NCBI GenBank assembly: GCA_038058485.1
Contig: JBBUBA010000012.1
Location: forward strand, 1 to 44,752
Direction: 5' to 3'
Source of the DNA: Patescibacteria group bacterium
GTDB lineage: Bacteria > Patescibacteriota > Minisyncoccia > Phycocordibacterales > Zambryskibacteraceae
Length of the DNA: 44,752 nucleotides
Position 1 is the first letter of the stretch; every line of letters starts with the position of its first letter. A program made the position numbers and the translations under genes. Of the stretch, positions 24,264 to 34,889 are shown one piece after another. The notes beneath the pieces were generated by a model. It was not told the origin of the DNA and searched no databases. It was given only the letters and a program-made list of their open reading frames with translations.

Positions 24264-25733
24264 ATGGCAGTAATGGATTATAAATATAGTCTCGATTTCC
24301 TTGAAAAAATAAATCACTCTGTTTTTGAGGGTAAGCTTGATACTCGTGGAGTTTTTTATGAGGGATACAATATTTGGTATTTTTTTCAAGCTTCTCTGTT
24401 TGTTGACATCAAGAAGTTTAGTTTATCTAAAGAGATTCCACCTGAAAACAGGTTATCCATCAGTGGGTTCCTTGTTTCATTATTTTTCTTATTTTTCTCA
24501 CTTTGTTCCCTGTTTTTTTTGTCTTTAACGAGGAAAAGAGTTATGATCTTTTCGGTAGATTCTTTGTCTTCAAAATTCAAAAGCGATTACAGGATGGAAT
24601 CTCTCTATAGTTTTTTAGAAACAAAGGATATTGATTTCTTTGAAGTATTCCATACAATCCCGAGTAAAACCACAATGTTTCGTCTGTTCAAAAGAAGCCG
24701 CCTCACCATGTATCTTGAGTCGATAGATTTTATGTTTTTTATTAAACAAAAAATAGTCAGCTTTTTTTCCTTACCTAATAAAGATAATGATTTTGTAGAT
24801 TTGCTGCAGTTAAACGACTTTTCAGATAAAGAAAAATTATTTGCGGCATATTGCATCGGGAAATATTTCAAAGCAGTGCCCATATCGTTATTTAGGATTA
24901 AAATGCTCAAAAAGATTATCAAATTTTTGAAAGTCAAAACAATTTTAACTATTGATGACACTCGGCATTACAACGAACTTCTTGTAGCGGCCAAGCTTTG
25001 CGGTGTCCTAACCATTGCATTTCAACATGGGCATTACACGGGATATCATGTTGGCTGTCTTAGACAAGGTATTCCTGATAATCCTGTATCTTCAACCGTA
25101 CTCTGTGTCTGGAGCGAATATTGGAAGAAGGAATTACAAAGATTAAATTCGTTTTTCCCTTCCTCCTCAATTTTTGTAACTGGACCGACGTTTGATGCAG
25201 TGCAAATTCAGAAAAAATCTCTACAAACTAAGATAAACAATAAAAAAGATACAGTCTGTGTACTTATACCTTATGAAACGGATGCGCCAAAGAATGAAGC
25301 AAGATTATTTATTCATGAACTATTAAGGTATCCAAATGTGAAGATAATTTTTAAAACTAGGCCTAACAGAGACAAACAAAGTCAACTCGATGAATATGGA
25401 ATTCAAGATGGAAGGGTGGAGGTGGTACGCAGTCTTTCTGACGTCATAGCTGATGTGGATGTAGTGTTGGGTGTATACTCGACGATTCTCTATGACATGG
25501 TTGCTCTGGAAAAACATGTTTACATAATGGATACAGGCATGGACTACGGCCAAGGAATGATAATAAACGGCCTAGCGGACCGTTTGTATCTTAGGGATAT
25601 TAAAAAGGCTATCTCGGCTCATTCAGCTTCAGGAGAGATGCTTAAAGATCGAAAAGAAAAAGTTGTGGGTACAAATCCGCAACAAGTCGCAACGTCCCTC
25701 GAAGTCTTATTTAAGAAATATCAGATTATTTAA
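24264..25733 (+). CDS. Membrane-anchored protein with GT-B-like C-terminal half, putative glycan or nonulosonate transferase
   Basis: Hydrophobic segments at about residues 30-95. The FQHGHYTGYH and VLGVYSTILYDMVAL regions are reminiscent of capsule/sialyl-type transferases. No firm family call. Confidence 0.4.
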   Translation: MAVMDYKYSLDFLEKINHSVFEGKLDTRGVFYEGYNIWYFFQASLFVDIKKFSLSKEIPPENRLSISGFLVSLFFLFFSLCSLFFLSLTRKRVMIFSVDSLSSKFKSDYRMESLYSFLETKDIDFFEVFHTIPSKTTMFRLFKRSRLTMYLESIDFMFFIKQKIVSFFSLPNKDNDFVDLLQLNDFSDKEKLFAAYCIGKYFKAVPISLFRIKMLKKIIKFLKVKTILTIDDTRHYNELLVAAKLCGVLTIAFQHGHYTGYHVGCLRQGIPDNPVSSTVLCVWSEYWKKELQRLNSFFPSSSIFVTGPTFDAVQIQKKSLQTKINNKKDTVCVLIPYETDAPKNEARLFIHELLRYPNVKIIFKTRPNRDKQSQLDEYGIQDGRVEVVRSLSDVIADVDVVLGVYSTILYDMVALEKHVYIMDTGMDYGQGMIINGLADRLYLRDIKKAISAHSASGEMLKDRKEKVVGTNPQQVATSLEVLFKKYQII

Positions 25734-26461
25734 TGAGAAACTTTCTGTATAAGGTAAATAAATTGGTTAAAGAAATATTTACTTACCATAAGCTAACTAT
25801 GAGTGAGGTTGATTACGATGCTTATTGGCGGGACAAAAGGGGGAAGAATATTGGAGTCATGTCGGATTGGCAGATTGAGCGTGCAGACTTTGTCGTAAGT
25901 ATCTTAAACGGTAAAAAAAATATATCCATATCTGATATAGCTTGTGGTGAGGGATCAATACTAAATTATATTGGTAAGAGTTTAGGCGTAAGTAAACTTA
26001 TTGGTACGGATATATCAAACGTTGCTCTTGATCGAGCAAAAGGCTTTGGCATAGAAGTTAGAAGGTTGGATATTGAAGATACTAAAGAACTTGAAAAAAT
26101 ACCGAAGGCCGATTATCAAATTTTATTTGAAATTCTTGAACACGTACCACACTCTGAGGAGCTTCTAAGGTCTGCTGTAAGTAAGGCGATAGCGGGTGTA
26201 TTTTTTTCTTTCCCAAACACTGGTTTTTTTGTGCACCGCTTGAGGCTCTTATTTGGACGGTTTCCGCTTCAGTGGAGGCTTTTCCCGGGAGAGCATATAA
26301 GATTTTGGACCAAGAGAGATCTTGTCTGGTGGCTATACAGTCTTGGATATTCAGACTTTAAAATTCATTTTTACAAAGGAGTACCAATATTAAATAAGAT
26401 CTGGCCATCACTTTTTGCTGCTGGATTCGTCGTCTATTTGGCTAAAGCTGGCACATCATGA
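25733..26461 (+). CDS. Class I SAM-dependent methyltransferase (MetW-like)
   Basis: Motif I DIACGEGSIL and FEILEHVP. Confidence 0.75.
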   Translation: MRNFLYKVNKLVKEIFTYHKLTMSEVDYDAYWRDKRGKNIGVMSDWQIERADFVVSILNGKKNISISDIACGEGSILNYIGKSLGVSKLIGTDISNVALDRAKGFGIEVRRLDIEDTKELEKIPKADYQILFEILEHVPHSEELLRSAVSKAIAGVFFSFPNTGFFVHRLRLLFGRFPLQWRLFPGEHIRFWTKRDLVWWLYSLGYSDFKIHFYKGVPILNKIWPSLFAAGFVVYLAKAGTS

Positions 26462-28263
26462 TAAGGATAAAAACCAATCCATTGATAGATATCAAAAATA
26501 ATGTCTTCTCCCTCTTAAGACTTCTGTATCATGCCTTTAAAACATACAAAACTAAGATTGTTATTCTTACCTTTCTTGGCATGTTGAGTGGTCTTGTAGA
26601 AGCCGTAGGAGTCAGTACGGTTATTCCTCTTTTTTCCTTTCTGACTGGTGCTGGTGAGGGCACAGATTTTATATCTCAAACAGTGGAAAAAGGTTTTTAT
26701 TTTATTGGAATTCCATTTACCATGCGATACGTCTTGGGATTTGTTATTTTGTTGTTTATATTTCGAACGGTTGCTCTTTTTTTTGCTAACTACATACGCA
26801 TTAGTATCACTGCCGATTATGAAGAGAGGACTCGAACTGATTTGTTCAACAAGACTCTAAAGGCTAGCTGGTCACTTTTATTGAAACAAAAACTTGGCCA
26901 CCTTGAAACGATGATGATGGTTAATATTTCTCACGGAGAACGGCTTTTGAACACAGTAAGTAGTCTGACGGTGATTGTCACAGGATTGGCTATGTACACT
27001 CTAGTTGCCCTAAACATCTCTTTCAACGTTACCGTCATAACAGTCCTGTTAAGCGCTTTCCTGTTAGTTTTTATAAAACCGTTGATTAGTCGGACACATA
27101 CTCTAGCCAAAGAGGTCGAATTAGTGAATCGCCAGGTTGCTCACCATGTAAATGAAAACATTTTGGGAATGAAGACCATCAAGTCCATGCAGGTTGATCA
27201 TCAAATTCTTGAGATAGGCAAACGCTTCTTCAGCACACTACGAAGGCTGAAGGTGAGGATCGCCTTTTTTCGCCTAATCCCAGTCTCCCTCATGCAGCCA
27301 CTAGGACTCATTTTTGTTGTTCTTATTTTTGCCTACTCATATAAGAGTTCCAACTTCAATTTAGCTGCCTTTTTGGCAGTTATGTATCTTATACAGAGAA
27401 TGTTTATTTTCGTTGAGCAATTCCAGAGTCAGCTTCATATTGCCATTGAATCCTCGCCATATTTGCAGGAGGTCGTTGATTATGCCGCTAGATTTAGTGG
27501 GCAGGAGGAAGGGTCTCCTGGTTCAAGAAAGTTTTCTTTTGATAACCAACTTGTTTTTCAAGATGTGGAATTTGCTTATGCTAACCGTCGGGCGGTATTG
27601 CAGGATGTAAATTTCACGATACCTCGTGGGAGCACTGTTGGACTGATTGGGCCCTCTGGTTCGGGCAAAACAACTATTGTAGACATGATGCTTAGGCTCT
27701 TTAAACCCACGGCAGGAAAAATTTCAATAGATGGAAACGACATTGAAAGTATTGATATTCATGAGTGGAGAAGAAGCATCGGGTATGTTGCCCAAGACAT
27801 TTTTCTTATCAACGATACTATTGCTAACAATGTCCGTTTCTATGATTCTGAGTTAACCAGAGACGAGATTGAAAGTGCCATAAAGATGGCTGATATGGAT
27901 GATTTTATCAAAGAGTTACCTTCGGGGTTAGATACAGTTGTTGGGGAGCGCGGCATTCAGTTGTCTGGTGGGCAGCGTCAGCGGATTATTATTGCTCGGG
28001 TTCTTGCCAGAAAACCAAAGATTCTAATTTTAGACGAGGCAACAAGCGCACTAGATGGTGAATCAGAAACTCAAATTCAAAATGTTATTAAAAAAATTAA
28101 AGGCCAAGTAACTGTAATTATTATTGCTCACCGTCTATCGACAATAATGCATTCAGACGAGATTGTTGTACTTGATAATGGAAGGATTGTTGAAAAAGGA
28201 TTACCAGAAGATTTATTGAACGATAAGGATTCTTATTTTTACAAAGTCTATACAATGGCATAG
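26458..28263 (+). CDS. ABC exporter, fused permease/ATPase (MsbA-like)
   Basis: Six predicted TM helices, then Walker A GPSGSGKTT, signature LSGGQRQR and Walker B ILILDEATS. Confidence 0.9.
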   Translation: MIRIKTNPLIDIKNNVFSLLRLLYHAFKTYKTKIVILTFLGMLSGLVEAVGVSTVIPLFSFLTGAGEGTDFISQTVEKGFYFIGIPFTMRYVLGFVILLFIFRTVALFFANYIRISITADYEERTRTDLFNKTLKASWSLLLKQKLGHLETMMMVNISHGERLLNTVSSLTVIVTGLAMYTLVALNISFNVTVITVLLSAFLLVFIKPLISRTHTLAKEVELVNRQVAHHVNENILGMKTIKSMQVDHQILEIGKRFFSTLRRLKVRIAFFRLIPVSLMQPLGLIFVVLIFAYSYKSSNFNLAAFLAVMYLIQRMFIFVEQFQSQLHIAIESSPYLQEVVDYAARFSGQEEGSPGSRKFSFDNQLVFQDVEFAYANRRAVLQDVNFTIPRGSTVGLIGPSGSGKTTIVDMMLRLFKPTAGKISIDGNDIESIDIHEWRRSIGYVAQDIFLINDTIANNVRFYDSELTRDEIESAIKMADMDDFIKELPSGLDTVVGERGIQLSGGQRQRIIIARVLARKPKILILDEATSALDGESETQIQNVIKKIKGQVTVIIIAHRLSTIMHSDEIVVLDNGRIVEKGLPEDLLNDKDSYFYKVYTMA

Positions 28264-28264
28264 C

Positions 28265-29722
28265 ATGAAAAGTAAACGCATTTTTTTGATCTGGAATGGA
28301 GGTGAACAAGAAGTTCGGTCTATTATTCAAAAGCTCGAAGCAGACTCGCACAAAGTGGTATACGTAATTAGTAATGGCACCAGCCAGTTTTCCTTAGATG
28401 GCATCATCGTTCATTTGGACAACGATGCTAGGAGGGGCATTGCGGCTAAAGGAATTGATGAGAGCGAATTCTTTCCCCCAGACAAAGAATTGATAAGGGT
28501 TATGTTTAAGACAGAGTCCCTTATCCTCACTATGATGAATCGAAAAGTAGACTCTCCTGCTAAGCCCATGTCTTTGGACGAAAAGAAGCATTTCTATTAT
28601 CACCTTCTACGATACTGGCATGGCGTGTTTAAAAAATACCAACCTGATCTCATTATTTTTCCAGCAGTACCCCATAATGTCTCTAATTTCACTATTTATT
28701 CTCTCGCTAAATGCTTCAATACCCCCACCGCCCTTTTTCAAGAAACTTGGGCTTCCGACAGAATTCTTCTTCAATTCGCCTACGACCAAGAAAGCTTAAT
28801 GCTTTCAACGGCTCTCAATAAAAACAAGGGAAAGATTTTTTCTCCAGAAAGCCTAAGCCCTGATCTTGAGAGGTACTATCGTCTTCACACCGACTCAGCT
28901 GGAGACGCCACACCCTTTGATGTCTTAGTACAAGCCAAGCGTTACAGAGGTCTCGAGCGACTCTCTCTTAAACTCGAAGCAGTCCTCTCTAGTCTTAAGG
29001 ATCTTACTTTCTTCATTAAAGCCTGGAAATATATAAGACGAATGATTCAACCAAATCTTAAAAAAGATTACAATCGCCTAACGGTTGATCTAGATTTCAA
29101 AAAACCTTTCGTCTACATGCCACTCCATTGGCAACCCGAATGCACGACCAGTCCATTAGGAGATATGTATGTTGATCAGCTTCTGATGATTGAAACCCTG
29201 TCGGTTGCCTTACCAGAAGGATGGAGACTCTATGTTAAGGAACATCCTTTCCAATGGTCTGTTGACGGAGTGACCACATATTCGAACATGAGATATAGGG
29301 GTTATTATGAACACCTAGCCAAACTCAAGGGGGTGTTCTTAGTAGATGTTTCAACTGATACTTATACCCTCCTTGCGCATTCTAAGGCGGTGGCGACGAT
29401 TACTGGTCGCGCAGGAATAGAGGCTGTTTTAAGAGGCAAGCCAGTTTTAGTTTTTGGTTATCCATGGTACATGAGTCTCCCTGGAATTTTCCGTATAACA
29501 GGACCTTCGGAGTGCCAGAAATCACTTCAGAGTATCAAAGACGGTTATGTTCCGGACAAAAACGAAGTTCTCAATTATTTGAAGAGTTTTGATGAGAGTA
29601 CAGGTAGGGGTTACATTGAACCCTTGGGGAAGATGAATACGGCTATTAGTCGAGAGAAAAGTATTTCAGAAGTATTACGCCTACTTGAAATAGGTATGAA
29701 AAGATGCGATAGTAAGAAATAA
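28265..29722 (+). CDS. Capsule polysaccharide biosynthesis protein family (KpsS/KpsC-like transferase)
   Basis: FVYMPLHWQPECTTSPLGDMYVDQLLMIETLSVALPEGWRLYVKEHP and ATITGRAGIEAVLRGKPVLVFG fit my recollection of the Capsule_synth family pattern. Confidence 0.6.
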   Translation: MKSKRIFLIWNGGEQEVRSIIQKLEADSHKVVYVISNGTSQFSLDGIIVHLDNDARRGIAAKGIDESEFFPPDKELIRVMFKTESLILTMMNRKVDSPAKPMSLDEKKHFYYHLLRYWHGVFKKYQPDLIIFPAVPHNVSNFTIYSLAKCFNTPTALFQETWASDRILLQFAYDQESLMLSTALNKNKGKIFSPESLSPDLERYYRLHTDSAGDATPFDVLVQAKRYRGLERLSLKLEAVLSSLKDLTFFIKAWKYIRRMIQPNLKKDYNRLTVDLDFKKPFVYMPLHWQPECTTSPLGDMYVDQLLMIETLSVALPEGWRLYVKEHPFQWSVDGVTTYSNMRYRGYYEHLAKLKGVFLVDVSTDTYTLLAHSKAVATITGRAGIEAVLRGKPVLVFGYPWYMSLPGIFRITGPSECQKSLQSIKDGYVPDKNEVLNYLKSFDESTGRGYIEPLGKMNTAISREKSISEVLRLLEIGMKRCDSKK

Positions 29723-29723
29723 C

Positions 29724-30737
29724 TTGGCCAAAACAAAACACGCTTTTCTAAAGGGTAAGACAATGCTTATAACTGGTGGAACAGGCTCTTTTGGCCGTAA
29801 TTTCGTCAAATATCTTCTGGAAACTTCTGACTTAAAGAAGCTAATCATCTTAAGTCGAGACGAACTCAAGCAATCTCAAATGAGATCCCAGATCAGAGAT
29901 AAGAGGCTCCGTTTTTTTATTGGTGATGTCCGGGATTTACAGCGTCTTGAGCGCGCCTTCAATGGGGTTGATATGGTCGTTCATGCGGCCGCCCTCAAGC
30001 AAGTTCCTACTCTTGAGTACAATCCTTTTGAGGCAGTAAAGACCAATATCTTGGGTAGTCAAAATGTGATAGATGCTGCGATTGATCAAGGGGTGAAGAA
30101 GGTGGTTCTTATTTCCACTGATAAGGCCGCTTCACCAACCAATCTTTATGGATCGACCAAGTTGTGTGCGGAGAGGCTTTTCATAAGTGGTAATGCTTAT
30201 ACTGCCGATGATACTTTATTAAGTTGTGTCCGATATGGAAATGTAGTAGGGAGTAGAGGGAGCGTGGTAGATGTTCTACTTAGGAATCCCGATCAATCTA
30301 CTGTTACAATTACTCACGAGGAGATGACACGTTTTTGGATAAACCTTGAACAAAGTTTCACGCTGGTACTTTTCACCCTTGAAAAGATGTCTGGAGGGGA
30401 GATATTTGTCCCCAAGATTCCAAGTATGAAAGTGGCTGATCTTTTTCACGCACTGGCTCCTAAGGCTAAGAAAAAAGTGACAGGAATGAGACCAGGAGAA
30501 AAGCTCCACGAGCTTTTATTGACCAAAGAAGAGGCTCGCCATGCTATAGAGCTTGAGGATTATTATGTCATTCTTCCGGAACATGATGAACTTTTCAATA
30601 ACAATATCCGTTTCAAAAAGATACTCAGCCAAAGTAAGAAGTTGCCCAAGAACTTTAGCTACTCAAGTGATACAAACCATAAGTGGCTGACCCAAGATGA
30701 GTTCCGTAAAATGGTGAGTTCCAGTCAACTTCTATGA
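29724..30737 (+). CDS. pseB: UDP-N-acetylglucosamine 4,6-dehydratase (inverting), PseB type (probable start ATG 29763)
   Basis: LITGGTGSFG..LSRDELKQSQM..RFFIGDVRD..STDKAA.P.NLYG.TKLC..VRYGNVVGSRGSV..FVPKIPSMK..RPGEKLHE is co-linear with PseB/FlaA1. Confidence 0.85.
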   Translation: MAKTKHAFLKGKTMLITGGTGSFGRNFVKYLLETSDLKKLIILSRDELKQSQMRSQIRDKRLRFFIGDVRDLQRLERAFNGVDMVVHAAALKQVPTLEYNPFEAVKTNILGSQNVIDAAIDQGVKKVVLISTDKAASPTNLYGSTKLCAERLFISGNAYTADDTLLSCVRYGNVVGSRGSVVDVLLRNPDQSTVTITHEEMTRFWINLEQSFTLVLFTLEKMSGGEIFVPKIPSMKVADLFHALAPKAKKKVTGMRPGEKLHELLLTKEEARHAIELEDYYVILPEHDELFNNNIRFKKILSQSKKLPKNFSYSSDTNHKWLTQDEFRKMVSSSQLL

Positions 30738-31837
30738 TCCCTTATGGCAAGCAAGAGATAACCTCTCAAGATATCTCTGCAGTTGTTAAGGTTCTGAAAT
30801 CAGATTTCTTAACTCAAGGTCCGCAAATAGCCGAGTTTGAAAAAGAGTTTGCAAAGTATGTCGGCGCGAAGTATGCGGTGGCTGTGGCTAATGGCACAGC
30901 GGCACTTCACATCAGTGCTCTGGCTCTGGGGGTGAGCAAAAAAAGTCACGCTATTACCACTCCCATCACTTTTGTCGCTTCGGGCAATTGCGTGCTCTAC
31001 GCTGGAGGTCAGGTGGAATTTGCAGATATAAATTCCGAGACCCTGATCCTAGATGTTAAAAAAATCAAACAACTTCTTGAAAGTAAACCCAAGAATTATT
31101 ACTCAGGACTGATCGTGGTGGATATGGCCGGGTATCCAGCTGACTTAAAAGCCTTTAGGAAACTTGCAGACAAACACGGACTCTGGATCATAGAAGATGC
31201 TTGCCATGCCCTTGGTTGTGGAAATGGAAAATTCGCTGATGTTTCTACTTTCTCCTTTCACCCCGTTAAACATATTACTACTGGCGAGGGAGGCATGATC
31301 ACCACCAATCGCCAGGATCTGTATGAAAAACTATTAAGATTACGCACGCATGGCATTACGAAGGACCCAAGGCGCCTTAAGGAGCGTCACGGCGGTTGGT
31401 ATTATGAAATGCAGGATCTCGGGTTTAATTATAGGATGACTGATATCCAGGCAACTTTGGGCCGAAGCCAGCTTAAAAGAGCACGTAAAAATCTTGCTAA
31501 ACGCCGTAAAATTGCTCGAGTATATGATCAGGCATTTAAAAACACGAGCATACAGATTTCGCCAAAATGTCTAGGGCATGCCTACCATCTTTATATTATT
31601 CAAACAAAAAAACGTAAAGAGCTATACGATTATCTCCACGACAATGGAATCTTAGTTCAAGTACATTACATCCCAATGCACTTGCATCCTTTCTACAAAA
31701 AAATGGGTTGGAAGAAGGGCAATTTCCCCAAGGCGGAGGCTTATTATGAAAAAGCCTTGAGTCTACCCATGTACCCAACACTGACAAACAAAGAGCAGAA
31801 GTTCGTGATTAAAAAAGTGTTAGAATTCATAAAATAA
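30734..31837 (+). CDS. pseC: DegT/PseC-type PLP aminotransferase (UDP-4-amino-4,6-dideoxy-sugar transaminase)
   Basis: MIPYGKQEIT..DFLTQGP.., FSFHPVKHITTGEGG (catalytic Lys) and VHYIPMHLHPFY. Confidence 0.85.
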   Translation: MIPYGKQEITSQDISAVVKVLKSDFLTQGPQIAEFEKEFAKYVGAKYAVAVANGTAALHISALALGVSKKSHAITTPITFVASGNCVLYAGGQVEFADINSETLILDVKKIKQLLESKPKNYYSGLIVVDMAGYPADLKAFRKLADKHGLWIIEDACHALGCGNGKFADVSTFSFHPVKHITTGEGGMITTNRQDLYEKLLRLRTHGITKDPRRLKERHGGWYYEMQDLGFNYRMTDIQATLGRSQLKRARKNLAKRRKIARVYDQAFKNTSIQISPKCLGHAYHLYIIQTKKRKELYDYLHDNGILVQVHYIPMHLHPFYKKMGWKKGNFPKAEAYYEKALSLPMYPTLTNKEQKFVIKKVLEFIK

Positions 31838-31841
31838 CATT

Positions 31842-32582
31842 ATGAAAAAAGTAGGTATTATTTCTCAAGCTCGAATGGCCAGTACCCGTTTACCAGGTAA
31901 GCTCATGCTTTCTATTAAAGGCAAGCCACTTTTGCAATATTTTGTAGAACGACTCGAGAAAAGCGGTATACCGCTTTATATCGCCACGAGTACAGAATCG
32001 AATAATGACATTATTGCGGGATTTTGTGAGGAACACGACATAACCTGTTTTCGCGGAGACGAGAATAACATTTTGAAACGTTACTATGATTGCGCTGTCG
32101 AGCACAAACTAGATGTCATTATCCGCATCACTTCGGATTGCCCGCTGTCTGACGGAGCGGTGGTCAAAGAAGCACTTGAGACGTATCTGGCTTTTAATGA
32201 TGAAAATGTTCACTATTCGAACTGTGTGGAGCTCACCTGTCCACACGGGATGAATTTCGAGATTTTCTCCTTCAAACTTCTGGAAGAGGCGTATAAAAAT
32301 GCGACTGATGATTTCGACAAAGAGCACGCTACCCCGTATATTATCAAGAATAAATCTGGAAACGTCGTTCTGAAGCATTATACGATAGACAAGAATGCTC
32401 ATGATTATAGAGTAACGGTTGATACGTACGATGACTTCAAGCTAATGAGAAAATTGATCGAAGAGTATGGAGCGGATACCAAGAATCAAGACGAGATCAT
32501 CTCGATCTTTGAAGCTCATTCGGAATTAGTGGAGATGAATAGGCCTAAGAAGCCTCATGTCTGGGCGCTTGATAAGAAATAA
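31842..32582 (+). CDS. CMP-sugar cytidylyltransferase family (SpsF/PseF-like)
   Basis: N-terminal GIISQARMASTRLPGKLML and RITSDCPL motif. Confidence 0.75.
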   Translation: MKKVGIISQARMASTRLPGKLMLSIKGKPLLQYFVERLEKSGIPLYIATSTESNNDIIAGFCEEHDITCFRGDENNILKRYYDCAVEHKLDVIIRITSDCPLSDGAVVKEALETYLAFNDENVHYSNCVELTCPHGMNFEIFSFKLLEEAYKNATDDFDKEHATPYIIKNKSGNVVLKHYTIDKNAHDYRVTVDTYDDFKLMRKLIEEYGADTKNQDEIISIFEAHSELVEMNRPKKPHVWALDKK

Positions 32583-33185
32583 ATGGAACCAAAAGAAGTT
32601 GTAGTAATATTCGCCGGTGGATTTGCTCAAAAAAATGGCCAATGGATAAGTCGGAGATTTGGAGATGATGGAGTGGGCCCCCCAGGATCGGACTTACGAA
32701 TGCTCGCCGGAGCTTATCTATACCAAGAAGATCCCTCACGTCTGCTCATTACTTCTGGTGGCAGGGGATACCTAGACAGTCTGTTCCCCCTTGGATTGAC
32801 CATGGCTGGGGTGATCAAGAGAGAGCTTGTGGGCAAGGGAGTACCGGCGGATAGTGTTATTGAAGAGTTCAAGTCCTCCAATACTTACTCACAGCTTAGT
32901 GCTCTGCAAGATCTAGCTCTTGAATACAAATTTACTTCAGTACTTCTCGTATCCAGCTCACATCACTTGCCGAGGATTGAAGCCATGCTTAAATATGCTC
33001 CTGGGCTTAGAGAAATAGAAAAGATTGCTAGAACCGTTTCCGCCGACGAAGTGGTGATAAAAAAAGATCTTTCTTGGAAAAAAGTAATAGAGACAAATTA
33101 TAATCGAGAGCCGCTAAAGAGTATTATAGAAAGAGAACCCTCAGGGATCGAACAAATCAAAAACGGAACGTATAAATTTAAATGA
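32583..33185 (+). CDS. DUF218 (YdcF/ElyC-like) protein
   Basis: VVIFAGG...LITSGGRG...LLVSSSHHLPR pattern. Confidence 0.65.
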   Translation: MEPKEVVVIFAGGFAQKNGQWISRRFGDDGVGPPGSDLRMLAGAYLYQEDPSRLLITSGGRGYLDSLFPLGLTMAGVIKRELVGKGVPADSVIEEFKSSNTYSQLSALQDLALEYKFTSVLLVSSSHHLPRIEAMLKYAPGLREIEKIARTVSADEVVIKKDLSWKKVIETNYNREPLKSIIEREPSGIEQIKNGTYKFK

Positions 33186-34240
33186 ACAAGCCAGCAGAGT
33201 TGAAAATAGATAAGAGGAAGGTTGGGCCCGGACACCCTGTGTTTATCATTGCGGAAATGTCGGGGAATCATGGGCAGAGTTTCAATAAGGCCAAGAAGAT
33301 TGTGGATGCGGCGGCCAGAGCTGGAGTGGATGCTATTAAACTTCAGACCTTCAAACCAGACGAGCACACTCTCGACTGCGATAACAAATACTTTCAAGTC
33401 AAGATAAACAAAGCTTGGAAGGGCGAGACTCTCTATAGTTTATATAAAAAAGTTTATACCCCATGGGAGTGGCAGGCTAAACTTAAAAAATATGCAGAAT
33501 CAAAAGGTCTGATCTGTTTCTCGGCCCCAGGCCATGAGAGTGCGGTGGATTTTTTAGAGAAAATAAAAGTGCCAGTATACAAAGTAGCTTCGTTTGACAT
33601 TGTAGATCCAGCTCTTTTGAAGAGGATTGGTCGAACTAAAAAACCGGTGATTATTTCTCGCGGGCTTGCTTCTGTCGAAGATATTAAATTTGCTATAAAA
33701 ACTCTCAGATCTGCAGGGTGTCCAGCAGTAGCTGTACTCCATTGTATAAGCTCGTATCCCGCGAAACTCGAACAGATGAATTTACTAACAGTGCCGGACA
33801 TCGTCAAGCGGTTTGGAGTGGTAAGCGGGCTCTCAGACCACTCGCTCGGTCTAACAGCTTCACTTACTGCCGTCGCTTTAGGTGCTTCGATCATAGAAAA
33901 GCATGTTATTTTAAGTCGCAAAGATGGCGGACCGGATGCAGAATTTTCTCTGGAGCCTCGAGAGTTTAAAGAGCTGGTGCAATCCGTGCGCGAAATAGAA
34001 AAGGTTTTGGGAGAAGTTTCTTATAAGGTTGGCAAGCATGAAGCCCAGAATATCATCTTTCGCCGCTCACTCTTTGTTGTTGAGAATATTAACAAAGATG
34101 AAAAGTTTACTAAAAAGAATATTCGTTCGATTCGTCCAGGTTATGGTCTCCCACCGAAAGAATTGCCAAAAGTTTTAGGCAAGAAGGCCACCAAGGATAT
34201 TTTACGTGGCACTCCTCTTGACCACACTCTGTTTCAGTGA
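33182..34240 (+). CDS. pseI: NeuB-family nonulosonic acid synthase (pseudaminic/legionaminic/sialic acid synthase)
   Basis: FIIAEMSGNHGQS..A..AGVDAIKLQTF TIM-barrel N-terminus and a C-terminal SAF-like domain. The pseI symbol is inferred only from the adjacent pseB/pseC. Confidence 0.8.
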   Translation: MNKPAELKIDKRKVGPGHPVFIIAEMSGNHGQSFNKAKKIVDAAARAGVDAIKLQTFKPDEHTLDCDNKYFQVKINKAWKGETLYSLYKKVYTPWEWQAKLKKYAESKGLICFSAPGHESAVDFLEKIKVPVYKVASFDIVDPALLKRIGRTKKPVIISRGLASVEDIKFAIKTLRSAGCPAVAVLHCISSYPAKLEQMNLLTVPDIVKRFGVVSGLSDHSLGLTASLTAVALGASIIEKHVILSRKDGGPDAEFSLEPREFKELVQSVREIEKVLGEVSYKVGKHEAQNIIFRRSLFVVENINKDEKFTKKNIRSIRPGYGLPPKELPKVLGKKATKDILRGTPLDHTLFQ

Positions 34241-34253
34241 TATTTTTGGATGA

Positions 34254-34889
34254 ATGAAAATCACTCTTGTCTCGGATAATCCGGGGAGTTGGATACACCC
34301 TTATGTGGCCGAATTGGCTAGACTTCTTCGCGCAGACGGACACGATGTCTCTGTAGTGGGAGACTCGAAAGGGATTCCAACGGGTGGGATTACCTTCCTT
34401 TTGGCTTGTGAGAGGATTATCTCTGAAGAAACCCTTGGCAGAAGTCTGCATAACCTCGTCATCCATGAGAGTGCTCTGCCCAAGGGCCGAGGTTGGTCGC
34501 CGATGACTTGGCAGATCCTCGAGGGCAAAAATGAGATTCCTATCACCCTGTTTGAAGCAGAAGTTGAAGTAGATAGTGGGGCAATTTACTTCCAAGACGT
34601 GATGAAGTTCAAGGGACACGAGCTTGTCGATGAGTTGCGCAAGGTGCAGGGAGAGAAGACTATTGAACTGGCACGACGCTTCGTTCGAGAATATCCGAAT
34701 GTGGCAGGTCGAGAGCAGACTGGCGAGGTCTCACACTACGAGCGTCGCCGAGCTGAGGATAGCGAGCTTGATTCGACTAAAACACTCGCCGAACTCTTCG
34801 ATCAGTTGCGAGTGGTGGACAACGAACGCTATCCGGCCTACTTCAGGCATCGGGGACATGTGTATACGATTAAGATCACCAAAGCATGA
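34254..34889 (+). CDS. Formyltransferase-family protein (Fmt/PurN fold)
   Basis: HESALPKGRGWSP active-site motif; 211 aa. GC-rich relative to flanks. Confidence 0.75.
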   Translation: MKITLVSDNPGSWIHPYVAELARLLRADGHDVSVVGDSKGIPTGGITFLLACERIISEETLGRSLHNLVIHESALPKGRGWSPMTWQILEGKNEIPITLFEAEVEVDSGAIYFQDVMKFKGHELVDELRKVQGEKTIELARRFVREYPNVAGREQTGEVSHYERRRAEDSELDSTKTLAELFDQLRVVDNERYPAYFRHRGHVYTIKITKA

